Shown: positions 44,701 through 57,125, counted from the stretch's first letter. The stretch is DNA of 64,000 nt from Antedon mediterranea (GCF_964355755.1 NC_092676.1:16200871-16264870); one strand, 5' to 3'. Notes: generated by a model from the letters alone, not told the origin. Translations and numbers: made by a program.

Positions 44701-46349
44701 CCTCTTAATTTGTTGGTTGCCAATGGTGTCCCCTTAATAGAGGTTCTACTGTATTGGCAACATGCATCTCCAATTTGTCTACCGATAATGCTAATGCTTG
44801 ATAATGCTTGTTTTGTCTAATGTCGTCTATTGTTGTACTTGACATGCACATGTGTGACTGTCGATTCCATCTTAAAGTAGCAATAACGTAATTTTAATTT
44901 TAACTTTCAGAGCTAATTTACATTCTTTGTTGATGACAGCCTCTGACTTGTCTCTATCTGCAAAATACTGGCCTGTCCAACGTGAAACAGTAGATTTTAT
45001 CTATGAGGAATTCTATCAGCAGGTACAGTATACTGTACATTACAAAAAATTCAAATTTTTTATTGTTTCTGAAATTGGAAGATAAGAAATATGACTTAAA
45101 AAGAAAGTCTTAAAACTTAAAAATAGTCTAGGCATATGCACACTCTGGCCAATCTGATTGGCGTAATTTGGTTGAGTGCGCTAAGTCGTTGTGATGACAA
45201 TCTTTTGTATTTTGATAGCATTTAATGTTGAGAAAAAAGTTTCAGTAATAAAATAACATTTTGTTTCAGGGAGATGTTGAAAGAGAGCATGGGTGTGAAC
45301 CTCTGCCAATGATGAACAGAGGGCTGAAAGATAAACTTGCCCAAGAACAGGCAAGTGGAAATCCATATTAATAGTATTCCCTATTTAATTTCTATTTAAC
45401 TACTTAAAATGTAAGCCTTTAAAACTGTACAATAAAAATTCTACAAAAAAAGGTTATGTTGGCGTAACAGGCCCAAAAATATAGCATAGGTTGTTTTTTT
45501 TTAATTGAAAAAGATTAAAAGAACAAACTCAACCACCCTAATCATTTGCTTATATTGCGTATTTTTGTTAAATGGTCTTGATTTTTTTCTTTTTTAAAAT
45601 AACTAAAAATGTCTAGGATATGGCATATTTTTAGGGTCAGTCGGGTTACACCAACACAAGGTATTGGTTTGGCCTTATAATTCTAAAAATGGTTCAGACA
45701 GCATACCTTGGCCACCCACTTGTGGATGGCAGAATCATACACATTGGTGTTCAAATACAGTTATTAATTTTCGAGCTATAGTTCTGCCGGTTTAACTAGA
45801 TGAGTTACAACAAAAGAGATGAGTTGAAACTTGATAAACATGTATGTTAAATTTGTTTTACAGGTGAATTTCTACAAGTTTATTTGCATACCATGTTACA
45901 CAACCTTACATCAAGTGCTTCCAATAACGCAGTCTCTACTTGAGAGCACCAAGTAAGTTTCATTATCAACTCAGTGTGTTTTCAATTTTATGTTATTAGT
46001 AGGTTAGCTGAAAGGGGTAGAATATATTGGACCACTCAATTTATGAAAATAAATTCAGTGATATACCATGCAGGCAGATTTCAGGTGATGCAGCAGTGTG
46101 TGACGCGCAACCAAGCATACAATTTATAGCGCGGATACAAGATAACTTCTGCGGACCGTTGAACAGGCAACGCGAAATAGGCTCCCTATTTATTTATCAT
46201 ATTATTGTATTCCCAACAATGTTGTGTACTTTCTAATCTATGTTGTATTCATATTTAGGGATAATTACCTACAGTGGGAGAGAGCTATGCTAGGCAAGAG
46301 TACACTGATGTGGAGTGTAGACAGCTCACGAACCAAGGAAAACCAATGA
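29737..46349 (+). CDS. PDE10A: cAMP/cGMP phosphodiesterase 10A-like (GAF-A, GAF-B, PDEase catalytic domain; ~822 aa, 23 coding exons)
   Basis: Exons 29737-29884, 30441-30599, 31498-31653, 32162-32211, 33026-33060, 33400-33499, 34970-35063, 36147-36205, 36865-36915, 38067-38125, 38363-38414, 38849-38991, 39351-39443, 39675-39805, 40069-40127, 40436-40578, 40720-40954, 41343-41549, 41792-41913, 44911-45022, 45270-45350, 45864-45952 and 46259-46349 join in frame. PDE10-typical segments: [78 protein letters not shown]. The first exon is the least certain. Confidence 0.92.
30737..30878. mobile_element. Short Harbinger-like MITE (related copy at ~54316-54438)
   Basis: Inverted ends AGCTCTGTC.ACAC.ATC / GATGGTGTAGACAGAGCC flanked by TTA/TAA. 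Confidence 0.55.
32624..32804. mobile_element. PIF/Harbinger-like MITE (181 bp)
   Basis: TIR AGC(G/T)TGGTTCCCACTAG. TSD TTA at 32621-32623 and 32805-32807. Confidence 0.8.
35518..35850 (+). mobile_element. tRNA-derived SINE with a Meta-domain-like core and (AAAC)n tail
   Basis: Pol III A box TGGCCGAGCGG and B box GGTTCGAGGCT. The central GTCTTCTCGGATAAGGACTATAAACCG..GGTCC and GCAC.TTAAAGAACC resemble the MetaSINE core. A second copy is at 18195. Confidence 0.8.
41880..42098. repeat. Three tandem copies of a 73-bp unit spanning the PDE10A exon 19 donor site
   Basis: AGACAACTTGTGTATAAGCAATCCTAAGCATAG|GTAGGTGG... starts at 41881, 41954 and 42027. Confidence 0.95.
42099..44737. repeat. 29-bp minisatellite (TTTGTTGGTTGCCAATGGTGTCCTCTTAA), ~91 units, in a PDE10A intron
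   Basis: Directly visible: 2639 bp / 29 = 91 units, with few variants (CAGTGG, CCCTCAA). Confidence 0.98.
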
Positions 46350-47107
46350 GTCTTCCATTATTGCATTAAATATATTTAATTCTGTGCAATATCTTGTAAT
46401 AGAATATAGAAAGGACTGTGCAATATGAAACTACAACAGTATGATGTATCAATATGTGATCTATGCAATTGTTCACTTAAATGTATTTATAGTATTGTTC
46501 TGAATTGTTATTAATTTACCGTTCTAAAATTACAATGACTTTGTGAATACTGTATAAAATGTTAATTATTATTGAGTTGGATATATTTAAAACAAAATAA
46601 ATTTAAAACCGCATACAAAATAATTAATAAATATATTTATTCAAAAGCAGCTTTTTAAATGTTATTAAACATTATATTTACTTTATTTACTATGAGTGCT
46701 ATTTTATTTTTCAAGATGATGCCATCCTTCTGCATCTTCACATTTCAACTATGAAGATGTGATTTGCCTTAATCAAAATTTTCCATAAATATGTCAATAT
46801 TTTGGTGATAATATATGGCAACCACAATCATTATGACTCCAGGAGGTACTGTACCTCGCGTGAAGAACCCAAAAAATATAATATTCTAAAGTTTGTTAGA
46901 CATAGGCATTTTATATAACCTATGGATAAAGCAAGTAAAACAATTTAAAGCAACATCTTATGCGACTAAATGGATGGTTACCTAATACACTGTGGACCAA
47001 CACTAGTCACCCTAACGTGGGCTGGATTTAGTCTGATTACCTGATGACTTTCCGACTTTGTATTTTAGAATGCCGAATTTATATTCTGTAACCATCAAAA
47101 CATAGAT

Positions 47108-48472
47108 TTATTCATCAAAATCATGTCTTCTCGTTAATTGAAGACCGTACAGTAGTGCATCTAATGTCAGTCGAGCTGATGGATTTTTCACAGTGCAATA
47201 ATTAGCGTATTGATTCGCTTATGTAGAGGGCCCAATGCATAGATCTCTGTTGCGACGGTAGGTGATGCTCCTGTTAGAAGCTCTGAAGAAGCAACTTCTT
47301 GGTCATATTAAAACCATGTTTAATCGGTGTGTCTATTGCGCAAACAAATCCAAAATCTACTATTTTGATTTCCAATTCTCCGGCAATTGAATAGTAAAGT
47401 ATGTTTCTTGAAGCCAAGTCATTGTGCAAAAGGCCGTGTTTATGCATGACTCTTTTGCAATCTTCTCTGCGAGTTTAACGCATTCAAGTGGAGACGCGGA
47501 GATGTCTTTATCCTCTGATAAGAAACAAGTCGAGTAACGTCATAGTTTCTATACTGTGGTAGACGTTGATGAACTCCATCTCTAACTCCATGAACAAACT
47601 TGCTTTCGTGGATACTATGAAAATTAGGAAAGTAGACAGATGATTGTAGGACCTTCATGGCTCTTGTTTCAAGGTGACTTGTTGGCGTTCCAATTCTGTT
47701 GCAACATGTACTATTTTCATAGCGTACATTTGCCTGCCTTTGATATTAGCAAGTGCAACTTGTCCATAAGACCCGCCTCCAAGGGGATACGGCTGCTTTG
47801 TATCTGGTTGAATAATGTTCATGTTCATCTAAGAGAATTCAAAGGATTCTGGCAACATTGCTGACAATCTTGCAAGACCAGGTTGGTTTTCCACTGCTAC
47901 TTTGTCTTTGTCAGTGTAATCTGTTTCTGGTTGACTTGCTTCTCTTGATACCAAATTTGTGTTACCCCTGGTTGCTGGTTTCACTCCTGACGACGCCTTT
48001 TTAACCATGCCCATAGGTTCATCCTTGCCAAATTTGTCAACCGAGCGTTCCAGCTCGATGACTGGGCAACTTTATTTTTAGGCAAGAATATTGGTAAATA
48101 TTTGCCAATAACGAACGCTGTTAATTTTAAGTGCGTCTGGCCCTTCTCCCAAAGCTTCATCGGCATATGATTTTACATCAATCCTAAAAAAATATTTGAA
48201 TTATTATTATTACAGTATTACGAGTATATAAGAATATACGACGAGTAGAAAATTATTCGCACAGTTTAGCTTAAAAACCAGATCTGCAACTAAAGTAATC
48301 AACAGCGCCAGGTAAGGCAGCGAATCAACAGAATCCCAAAACCCTCTCACTCTCCATAGCAGCTCAGAGCTATATAAATACCTACTCACCGATTGACTTT
48401 AACAAGGGTAATTCTCTTTTCAAAAGTAAGGTTACGCATCTGAAGTTTGCAAAACCGAGATCGGCGAGGCAT
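47108..48472 (-). pseudogene. Protein kinase pseudogene (HND-type catalytic loop)
   Basis: The minus strand encodes, in order, LGGGSYGQVALA (G-loop), YAMKIV, E(alphaC), MEFI, LLHNDLASRNIL, IKIVDFG and ELLTG...TEIYALG. It has at least three in-frame stops and at least two frameshifts. Putative intron 48184-48389 (GTGAGT...TAG) and ATG at 48472. Confidence 0.75.
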
Positions 48473-49500
48473 ATGTCAACCTAAAACAAGACCGGAGAAA
48501 GAAATATAATACTGTATTAATAATGTAATCTGTTATTTTATTTTTGTTATCAAAATATTTCAAATTACTTTATATCAAAGTACAGTATTACAAAATATTT
48601 CTATACTCACTTTTTAAGTAAATTGCAAGATAAGCTGTGAAAAACTATGTTCCTGTCGATACAATTTGAATGTGTTCAGTTGATACGTTACTAGGTACCG
48701 TACGTGCCATGGAAAACGGTTTACAAAGCTACGAATAACATAGATTTTATCTTTTTGTTTTTCGCTTATCGCTTGTCTGTGTAAATGGGTCTTTATTCGT
48801 TTTTATTTTAAAAAAACATTTAAAACTTACTAGTAGACTTTATAATAACCTCACTGGTAAATAATTCAAATATACATACATAAAATTCCCTATGCATCCG
48901 TACAAAGTTTAATTGAGGAGACAAACGCAGAAAGTAATGTAGTTCATGTTTTTAATATTTATTTTCCTTTATAAATAGTTCGATACATTTTCCACGTTTA
49001 TACAAAATAAATTTTACAATCTTGATCTTTTATAGTTCATTGCAGTGCATCTGTCTCAACATCGACTGGGCTGGTGGCCCAGTATTCTGCCAACTCTATT
49101 GCAAATTTATTTTGCTGTATACTAACGTCACTTCTGAGATGTCAACATCTGGAGTAGAGTCAATGGCAGGATCATCATCATTTTTATTCCTATCATCAAG
49201 ATTAGTCATCCACCATTTATCATGTTTATCTACATTGTTTATTCAAATCATCAAGATGTCATTGTCCATTTCCCATGTTGATATATTATACTGCCATTCG
49301 GTCTGAGATGAAAGTTATCCCTTTCATCTGTATAATGAATTCTGGATGTCTCCAGTAGATGGAAGGACGTCATTGACAGGATCATCATCATTTCCAATAT
49401 TTTCATCCTCCATCTATCATGTTCATCTTCATTTTATCTCTATCCTCAAGATGTGTCATTGTCTATCTTTCCATTTTCATCATCATTTTTATCTCTACCT

Positions 49501-52500
49501 TCACGATGCATCATCGTCCATCTTCCCATGTTCATCTTCAGTTTTCATATATTTCTCCTGTACAGATGCAGCTGTAAAACTTTTTGTTAAGGACAATTAC
49601 ACACAATCATGAAGCAATAAAAACATTACTTTGGTTTGCACAACAAAATTATGGTAAACAAAGAAAGGCATTAAAAGGAACCTTCCCTACGTTTTTTAGA
49701 TCTATTTTAAGATCACAAACTATATTTAATGTAAAAATAATACTATATGGTCCTATTGCGATAACTTTTTTCGTCTTTAAATGGTTAAAAATGTGAAAAA
49801 TAAGTCGATTCTAATAATTATAGCGGCCCGCTATAAATCCGAAAATGCATTGCGCGCGGATTGATATTTCTGCTTTTCTTCTGTAATTAACCCACTTTTC
49901 GATCGATCGCGAGGCCAAAACAAATGGAAGACTCCTAACTTTTCAGCGAAAATACCGGGTTTTCCCCAATTTGTATCAACGGAGTCTGGCAAAAATAGAA
50001 AGACAATTAATGCAGTAACTATACAACGTCAGGCTAGGTATATAGCTAGTGTACGATGTTCGTACGTTACCGATGTTTACCAGCTAGGCCTACTAAACTA
50101 AGCCTAGCTAGGCTACGCCTAAAGACCGTCCACGAGAGGTCAGTCGCCGTGAGTTACTTAGGTAGTCCATTGTTTCTCACTTTTTATCATAATTTACCAT
50201 AAAACGTACATTTAAGACAAGGAATGACCTGGTTTAATTTTTTAAAGTAATATATATGTATTATTTTTACAAAACGTCACAAATTGTAGGGAAGGTGTCT
50301 TTAAGTTTTAGTGGGAAGATTATCTAAACAAACGAATATGAATGTCTGAATATATGAATGAATATATATGAATACGTTTTTCAGTTATTTCCATATGTTA
50401 GCACAAAGAACTTAGCTAGTGCAAGATATAGCCTAGTGGAGACTAGCTGACTGGAAAAAATTCAAGCGCACTTTTGTACGGTACCTGAGCTGCAGCTTAA
50501 TTTTGCTTAGAAAGAATAACTGAGGAAATTACTGAAACAGCATTCGAGTCTCTGTTGATTTTATAACCACTTGTTGAGTTTGAGCATGGCTCTAGTTAAA
50601 AAAATATAACAAGCACAAACAGCCTACAACAGTACATGAGAGTTTAGTACTGTATATGTCTCTGAGACATATACAGTACTAAACATTGCTATATTATAAT
50701 ACAACTAGCAGTTACCTGTCCATACGCAGGTACCATGTTATAATTATTTTAAGATTCAGGAATCAAAAAGATAGTACAGTAATATACATTAGGCCCTATA
50801 CACAAATCTTTATATGGATGTATAGAGCCGAAAAGTACATTATACAGCACTATACTGTATTCGTCTTTATATTTCAGTGTCTATTTTGATTTAATTCTAA
50901 AAGCAAGTCGAGTCATCGAGAATAATAATAATGCTCACTGTAAAATGAATGTTTGAAATTGCCACTATTCTATAACTGCAGCAGCTGCGCTGAACACATG
51001 TGCTGCTGTCTTAATGTCGCTAATGACCCGAGTGATCTAATAGAGAGAAATGGCGAACCGACGACTAAAATCCGAGTGGGTATAAAATCATAACAAACCG
51101 TTGAGGGCGACACATTTCCTATGTTTATACACGTGAATCATGGCGTTGTCTAACCAATGTTGTTGCTGTAACGCTCATAATTCTTGTTGTATTTGTGTAT
51201 TTACACAATAAAACAATGAAATATGTATAAAAGTCATCCATCATTCACAATCATATTCCTAAAAATATCTCATATCTACATTAGACTTGGCCTATAGTAT
51301 TATAGTAGAATGGTGTTATCAAGTATCATTACTGGCGGTAGCCCCCCCTGCAGGAAGCATCACTAGCCACATAACAAAATGGCAGTTGTCAAGCTGAAAC
51401 TAATGCTAGGCCTACATCTACTAGAGAGGCTCTATTTAGTCTTACTACCTAGCTAGGAGACGCCTAGCAGCACCCTAGCTAAAGTAGTAGTAGTGAGTAC
51501 AGTACGCAATAACGAATTTCCAATATTATTATTATTATAATAACCGATAATCCGTGCTAGGCTCGAGGTACTACAGCATACATGCCAACTATCTAGGGCC
51601 TAGAGCTGGGTACAGTATATAACAAAAACGCGTCTTAATTCAATCCAAATTAAAATAAAATATGTTAAGATTTGCCCATATAACATTAAAATTGTTAAGG
51701 GTGTTGCAAAAAAAAAAGATACTGCTATTATGTGTGTTTTAAACGTTCTTTTCTACCTTCCTTTTTAACTCAATCCATCGGAATTTCCCATACAAAAACA
51801 TGTGGCGAAATGGTTTGTTTACAATCTATACCCACTCGGTGAAATTTGAGTGACGTCATCGCGGTTCGCCATTTCTCTCTATTGTGATGTAGGAAAATGG
51901 CTGAGAATTTACGAAAGCGGCTTTCGGCAGTTGCGCAGTTGCAAAGAAATTGGCCTAAAAAACACACTTTTCGTACAAATTTGCCGTTATGAATAGAGTG
52001 GAATTAAAAGGTGCTCAAGCTCGAACGGCTCTAGTATTGGACTTGCGGTTTTGGAGGAAATAAAGGACCAAATTTTGGCTTAGTGCTATTAAATTATAGA
52101 ATTCCTATTAAGAGGACACTTTTTTAACCTTTTCCTGGTTGGCCATACCTGACGGGATCCAGTCAAGTCGCCCCATCGCAAAGTCGCCCCATACAAAGTC
52201 GCCCAATACAAAGTCGCCCCATCGCAAAGTCGCCCCGGCACAGTCGCCCCATTACAAAGTCGCCCCATCGCAAAGTCGCCCCAACGCAAAGTCGCCCCAT
52301 CGCAAAGTCGCCCCAACGCAAAGTCGCCCCATCGCAAAGTCGCCCACGGTTTTATTTCGGAAGTGCCGCCGCTAGTAGTACGCTGTTTTAATCATATAGC
52401 GGTTGCGTTTGATATCGATTGCGTTGTTACTTTGGTCGCGCTAAATGTCGTATACATTATAATGTTTATCCTATTATATACATAATTTGTGTTTTAATTT

Positions 52501-55500
52501 TTATTTTACAGGTTATAATGGAGTGATGTGCTTTTTAAAAATCATTAAAAAATAGTCCCTTGTTTGAAAGTTCTAAAAAGATTTCGAAAAGATTATCCCT
52601 GATTTATAGTTTCGAAAATGTTAATTTAATATGATTTTAAAATTAGTTACCAGAGCCACAATTACGAATCTTTCTTCAACCTACGTGGATACCAGCTCAT
52701 TTTTTAGGATAATATAATAAGTGTATAAATAGTAGGCCTTCGTATATTTACAGTAGTTAAAACAATAACAGCGTTGTAAAACAATAAATGTTATATAGGC
52801 TACTTATTGATCATTTTGCATTTATTGACAAGTGTCTATAGTTATTTAATTTTAATTATGACTTTTCAAAATGAAGAAATAAAAAAAAGGGGATTTCTTC
52901 GCCGATATGATCGTTTTACACATGCAGGTATTTTAGTAAAATTAAAACGCTACATTTTGACCATGGAAAACCCATCGTACAGATGATTATCGTGTGCGTG
53001 TTTTTTAAAAAGGGGAATCCCCGACGGGCAGCAGAAAGACGTAGCAGCTGTGAGAAGGAAACAGATACCAGAAGGAGCAGCTCCGATTGGTTTCAGAGAA
53101 TGTTTCAGATTGCGAGTCGCTTTTTATTCAACAGCAGTTTTCAACCCTTTTGGTTATAGAACATTCTAATTATCATGCCTAATAAATATCCTCATATCGG
53201 GTGTTTATTTAATTTTAATAAACAAGACAGTGAAGAGGCACGGAATAATACGTACACGGACGTACGACGAATACACACATGCACGTCATCATTTACGACA
53301 TAATATAGTGGCGATATGATGCAATTTTATAATGGATATAATGATGGGATTGCATTTCCAGGCTTATAATCAATGTTCATTGTAATACTATGTATATAAT
53401 AGTAAACTGAATGTTTATAAACAAATTGTTTTACCTAATTTGTTGCATATAAAAATAAAAGACACAGACGTAGCCTATGTTCCCTATAAAATATTTCACA
53501 TTTAAATTTATGTACTGTTAAATGACATTATGCTGAATAATAGGCTTACTATAATCTTAAACTATGTTTACAAATTGTCATTTTTAAGGCACACATCTTT
53601 CTCTCATCATAGACCTCAGTGTAAAATAAAAACAAAAATCAATTATTAATATAGGCCTAATAATAATAAATATTCATCGACCAAAGTAAAAATAATCTAG
53701 ATCGTATAACATCATTTTATCGCGACCAAAATTAAACGCCACCGATTTCGAACGCGACTGATATCATCGTAAAACTCCGACGGGGTTTCCCCATCTTCAG
53801 ATGGTGCGTTGTAGTGCGACAACGGCGGAGTAATTACGGGGGTTTCCCTCTGGTGAGAGCTAGCACGTTAGTGCGACCGCGGAGTGATTAGTTGGGGGCT
53901 TCCTCTCTGATGATTGGGGAGCGTGCCGATCGTGTGACCTGAGACTACATGGAGGGGCTTTCCCTTTTATGCCTACACGTTCCGTGTTATTTTGTGTATC
54001 ATTGCGACATTTTACGCACTTTTAAACTATTTTTTAACGTTTTGGGGCGACTTTGCGATGGGGCGACTTTGTGTTGGGGCGACTTTGCGTTGGGGCGACT
54101 TTGCGATGGGGCGACTTTGCAATGGGGCGACTGTGTCAGGGCGACTTTGTTTTGGGGCGACTTTGCGATGGGGCGACTGTGTATGGGGCGACTTTGTATG
54201 GGGCGACTTTGCAATGGGGCGACTTGACTAGCATCCTACCTGACATACAAGATGCTAAACAATTGTTACAGTATATTAGAATACAGTAAAACTCATATTA
54301 AGGAAACACCTAAAACTCTTTCTACACTATCAACCTTAATGTGAAAAAAAAAGTAATGTGCACATGGCTACGATAACATAACACTACTATTATTTGAGCA
54401 CATCACACTTGTTTTTGTTAAACTAGTGTAGACAGAGCTTAAAAGTGTCCCTAGTTGGCATAGTGTTTGTTTCATCAGTGGAGGGATTCTACATTATAAT
54501 ACTGTGCAAGGATATTTGAAGTACTCAAAGTCAGCTCCAACTGCACATGACATCAATGCTTGCATGTTGCGTTCTTCTAAATCCCCAAACACATAACCAT
54601 TCGCTTTATCCACTAACTTCATCACATTTAACATACTGTCTTTATTCTGTAACAATCAAGTAGAAACTAATACAAAAAAAATTGTATTTTGGAAATCAAC
54701 AAACCCACAAACAAACAAACAAACAAACCCACATCAGAGTGCTGTTAATTCTTCTAGTTGATTAGAAACTGGTGTTTGGGAATCTGTCATGTCATAATTA
54801 AAACAGGTAAATGTATACAGAAGAAGATTCAGGAACTTGGAAAAAAGGGGAGGTCCTCTTTTGACCATTTAAAGGAGGTGCTGGGTTTACAATTGAGAAC
54901 TTTTAAAACCTATTTTATTTGACTTTGTGAAATGTTACTCTAAAAATAGTGAATCATTGATTTAGTGTAAAGTGATTTCCTTGTAAACTACAGTACCTGA
55001 ATGTTGAGCGTACAAAATGACACAAGACTGTAATCTTGAATCAAACCAATCATTGCTTCATTTAGTTTCTTGAACTTCTTCACAAATGGCACATCTTCCA
55101 AATGATCCAAAAGATAGCTCAAATCAGACACTTCAGTGTAATAATCAAGGTTGAAAGCTGAAAGGAAAATAAAGCATAAAAGCATTTAGTGGAACCTAAA
55201 GAAACTACAAGAACTTCTTAAATACAGTAGGTATAGTGAAGTTGTTTCGCTTTATAATTTATTCAGAATAAAGGCTGTCACTACTGACAACACCCACCTT
55301 TAGTCACTCGCCTTGACTATGAAAAAAATTGTATTATTTATTTACCTAATTTTCCATATGTTTCAACCAAATCAATTTTTGAGAGAACATTGATGTGTGG
55401 TAGCTCAAGTTGCAGCATTGTAGAGAGAGATGTCAACAAAACAGAAATGAATTTGGATGGATCACTGCAATAATGTGAGTCTACTAAATGTACAGCCACA

Positions 55501-56527
55501 AGCTGCAAACGAGAGAGACATTTTTAGTAATTTCATAATTACATTTTTGCTATTACGAAGATTAAACAAATGGGATGGTAATTAACATAGCGTTATTGTT
55601 ATTTCGAGACACAAGCGATGACGGTCATCCCCCTCCTAAACACAGTCTGCAGACCCTGTACATGCAGGTTTGGAGGTTTCTGTGTTAGCAAACTTCAAAA
55701 GGATGAACCAGGAACCCCTATAAAACCTTAAAAGGTGCTTACGAGTCTGATGTTTATCTTTTTTAATGAATCCAGAAGAATCAAAGTGAATTCACAGCCT
55801 ACATATACTATAATATACATAAAACTTAATATTTTTTTTAATTAAGTAAAAATGAAAAACTTGGGTATACCGTGTGCATTCAGTTCGCGTACTGAAAGTT
55901 TCAAAATGACGTCATTAACTTTGCCATTTATCGCACCAAATGTTAAATCAACCAAAAACAGTCCTGATAAAATGGGAATGAAATATACTGGGATGCACAG
56001 ATTTATAATATGCATGTAAAAATTTCATCTATAGTAATGTACTGTACAAAAAACTTGGTTGGCTTTCTCCTAAATACAGTTTTTGTGAAACTGTTTTAAC
56101 CATTAATGATTCAGTTTCCTGAATAACTGGCCTTTACCTTAAAATTCAGTTTTAGTAATTTCTGCAGAATATTTTTAAATGAATTATGATGAGTGTAGAG
56201 TTCAACTTGTCCTGGGCAATCAAATAACAAGTAATAGTCCTTCAGATTCTCCAGTTTCTTCAACAACCAGTCCACATTCTTTTCTAAATATTCCATGCAA
56301 TAGATCAGACTGCCATTCGGTCCAAGATGGAGATTATCCATTACATCTGCAACAGATATCAATTCTGAGATGTCAACATCTGGAGTAAATGGAAGAAGGT
56401 CATTGCCAGGATCTAGATTAATGATGGCTACTTTCCGACCAATTCCTGTTAAGAAGTGTTTCATTCCATTGCAGTAAGTTGTCTTTCCAGCTCCTGGTGG
56501 TCCAATCAGTACTTGAGCAAATGCCAT
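49501..56527 (-). CDS. GPN2: GPN-loop GTPase 2 (303 aa)
   Basis: Exons 56527-56138, 55502-55346, 55157-54997, 54646-54516 and 49573-49501. Motifs [41 protein letters not shown] and the C-terminal VQEKY. The last junction is in frame only through an AT-AC intron. Confidence 0.93.
49675..50300. mobile_element. Kolobok-like non-autonomous element in the GPN2 intron
   Basis: TTAA at both flanks and imperfect TIR AG..ACCTTCCCTAC / GTAGGGAAGGTGTCT. Confidence 0.6.
51042..51880. mobile_element. Non-autonomous TIR element (ISL2EU/Harbinger-like) in the GPN2 intron
   Basis: TIR AGAGAGAAATGGCGAACCG flanked by AAT/ATT, plus a second inverted block CCGAGTGGGTATA. The superfamily assignment is tentative. 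Confidence 0.65.
52154..54236. mobile_element. Non-autonomous DNA transposon with inverted subterminal ~16-bp repeats (AAGTCGCCCCATCGCA)n
   Basis: 8-bp TSD TACCTGAC at 52146-52153 and 54237-54244. Repeat arrays at 52162-52346 and 54043-54228 are in opposite orientation. Confidence 0.85.
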
Positions 56528-56974
56528 CACTTTAGTTTAAAGCTCAACTGTAGGCTGTAATAAAGAAAAAAACTTACTTTTGAGGTAAGCAGCCCGAATG
56601 ATTGAAGTGTGTGTGCTAAATGTTCTTGCAAAGTTAAGATTAGTAATTAGTTTGTTAGAATTAGAATCCCCCCACTTTCGTCTTCCACACTCAACTAGGC
56701 CTAGGCCCTGAAAGGTTAAAAAATGTTACCAGTTAAAATTATGTTAAACTTACTTTCCTTTGTTGTTGTTTTATGATAAAATTGTAATTGAAATTATATT
56801 ATTATTTTATAAAACACAATAAACCTAAAGACCATGAGCGCTTCATTTCCTACTACTTATATGTACTGTACTACTACATCATGCATGCAGTAGGCCTACT
56901 AGGCTACTGTATAAATAAATCACTATGCCCTAGCTAGGGCTAAAATATTAGGCCTAGGCCTCGCCTACATGAAT

Positions 56975-57125
56975 TCGATCCAACTCGGCCCTAAACCATC
57001 TCGGCCAAAGTCAAGTCGGCCCCACGTCAAGTTGGCCCCGCGTCAACTCGGCCACAAGTCAACTCGTCCTCAAGTCAACTCGGCCTCACGTCAACTCGTC
57101 CAAAAACTAATCCGTCAACTCGGCA
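56975..57125. repeat. Array of ~16-bp GTCAACTCGGCC repeats, probably one end of another subterminal-repeat transposon
   Basis: About nine degenerate units. The matching inverted end is not in the window. Confidence 0.6.

Larger units (their letters stand above)
49574..54515 (-). other. U12-type AT-AC intron of GPN2 (4942 nt)
   Basis: 5' site ATATCCTTG begins at 54515. Branch site TCCTTAAC at 49593-49586. AC acceptor at 49575-49574. The junction gives ...[13 protein letters not shown]. Confidence 0.9.

Noticed and set aside
42099-44737. CRISPR-like array or repeat-protein ORFs (42158..42533, 44623..44820)
   Set aside because: Head-to-tail 29-bp units with no unique spacers, in a eukaryotic intron. 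The ORFs are translations of the repeat.
47981-48166. Tc1 transposase fragment suggested by NLWAWLKRR
   Set aside because: No other transposase motifs. A different frame links the region to the kinase pseudogene.
49022-49612. Separate acidic or Ser-rich gene
   Set aside because: Explained as the last exon and 3' UTR of GPN2 on the minus strand.
52089-54289. WGDF/ATL and KSP repeat ORFs
   Set aside because: Translations of the 16-bp subterminal arrays of a non-autonomous transposon.
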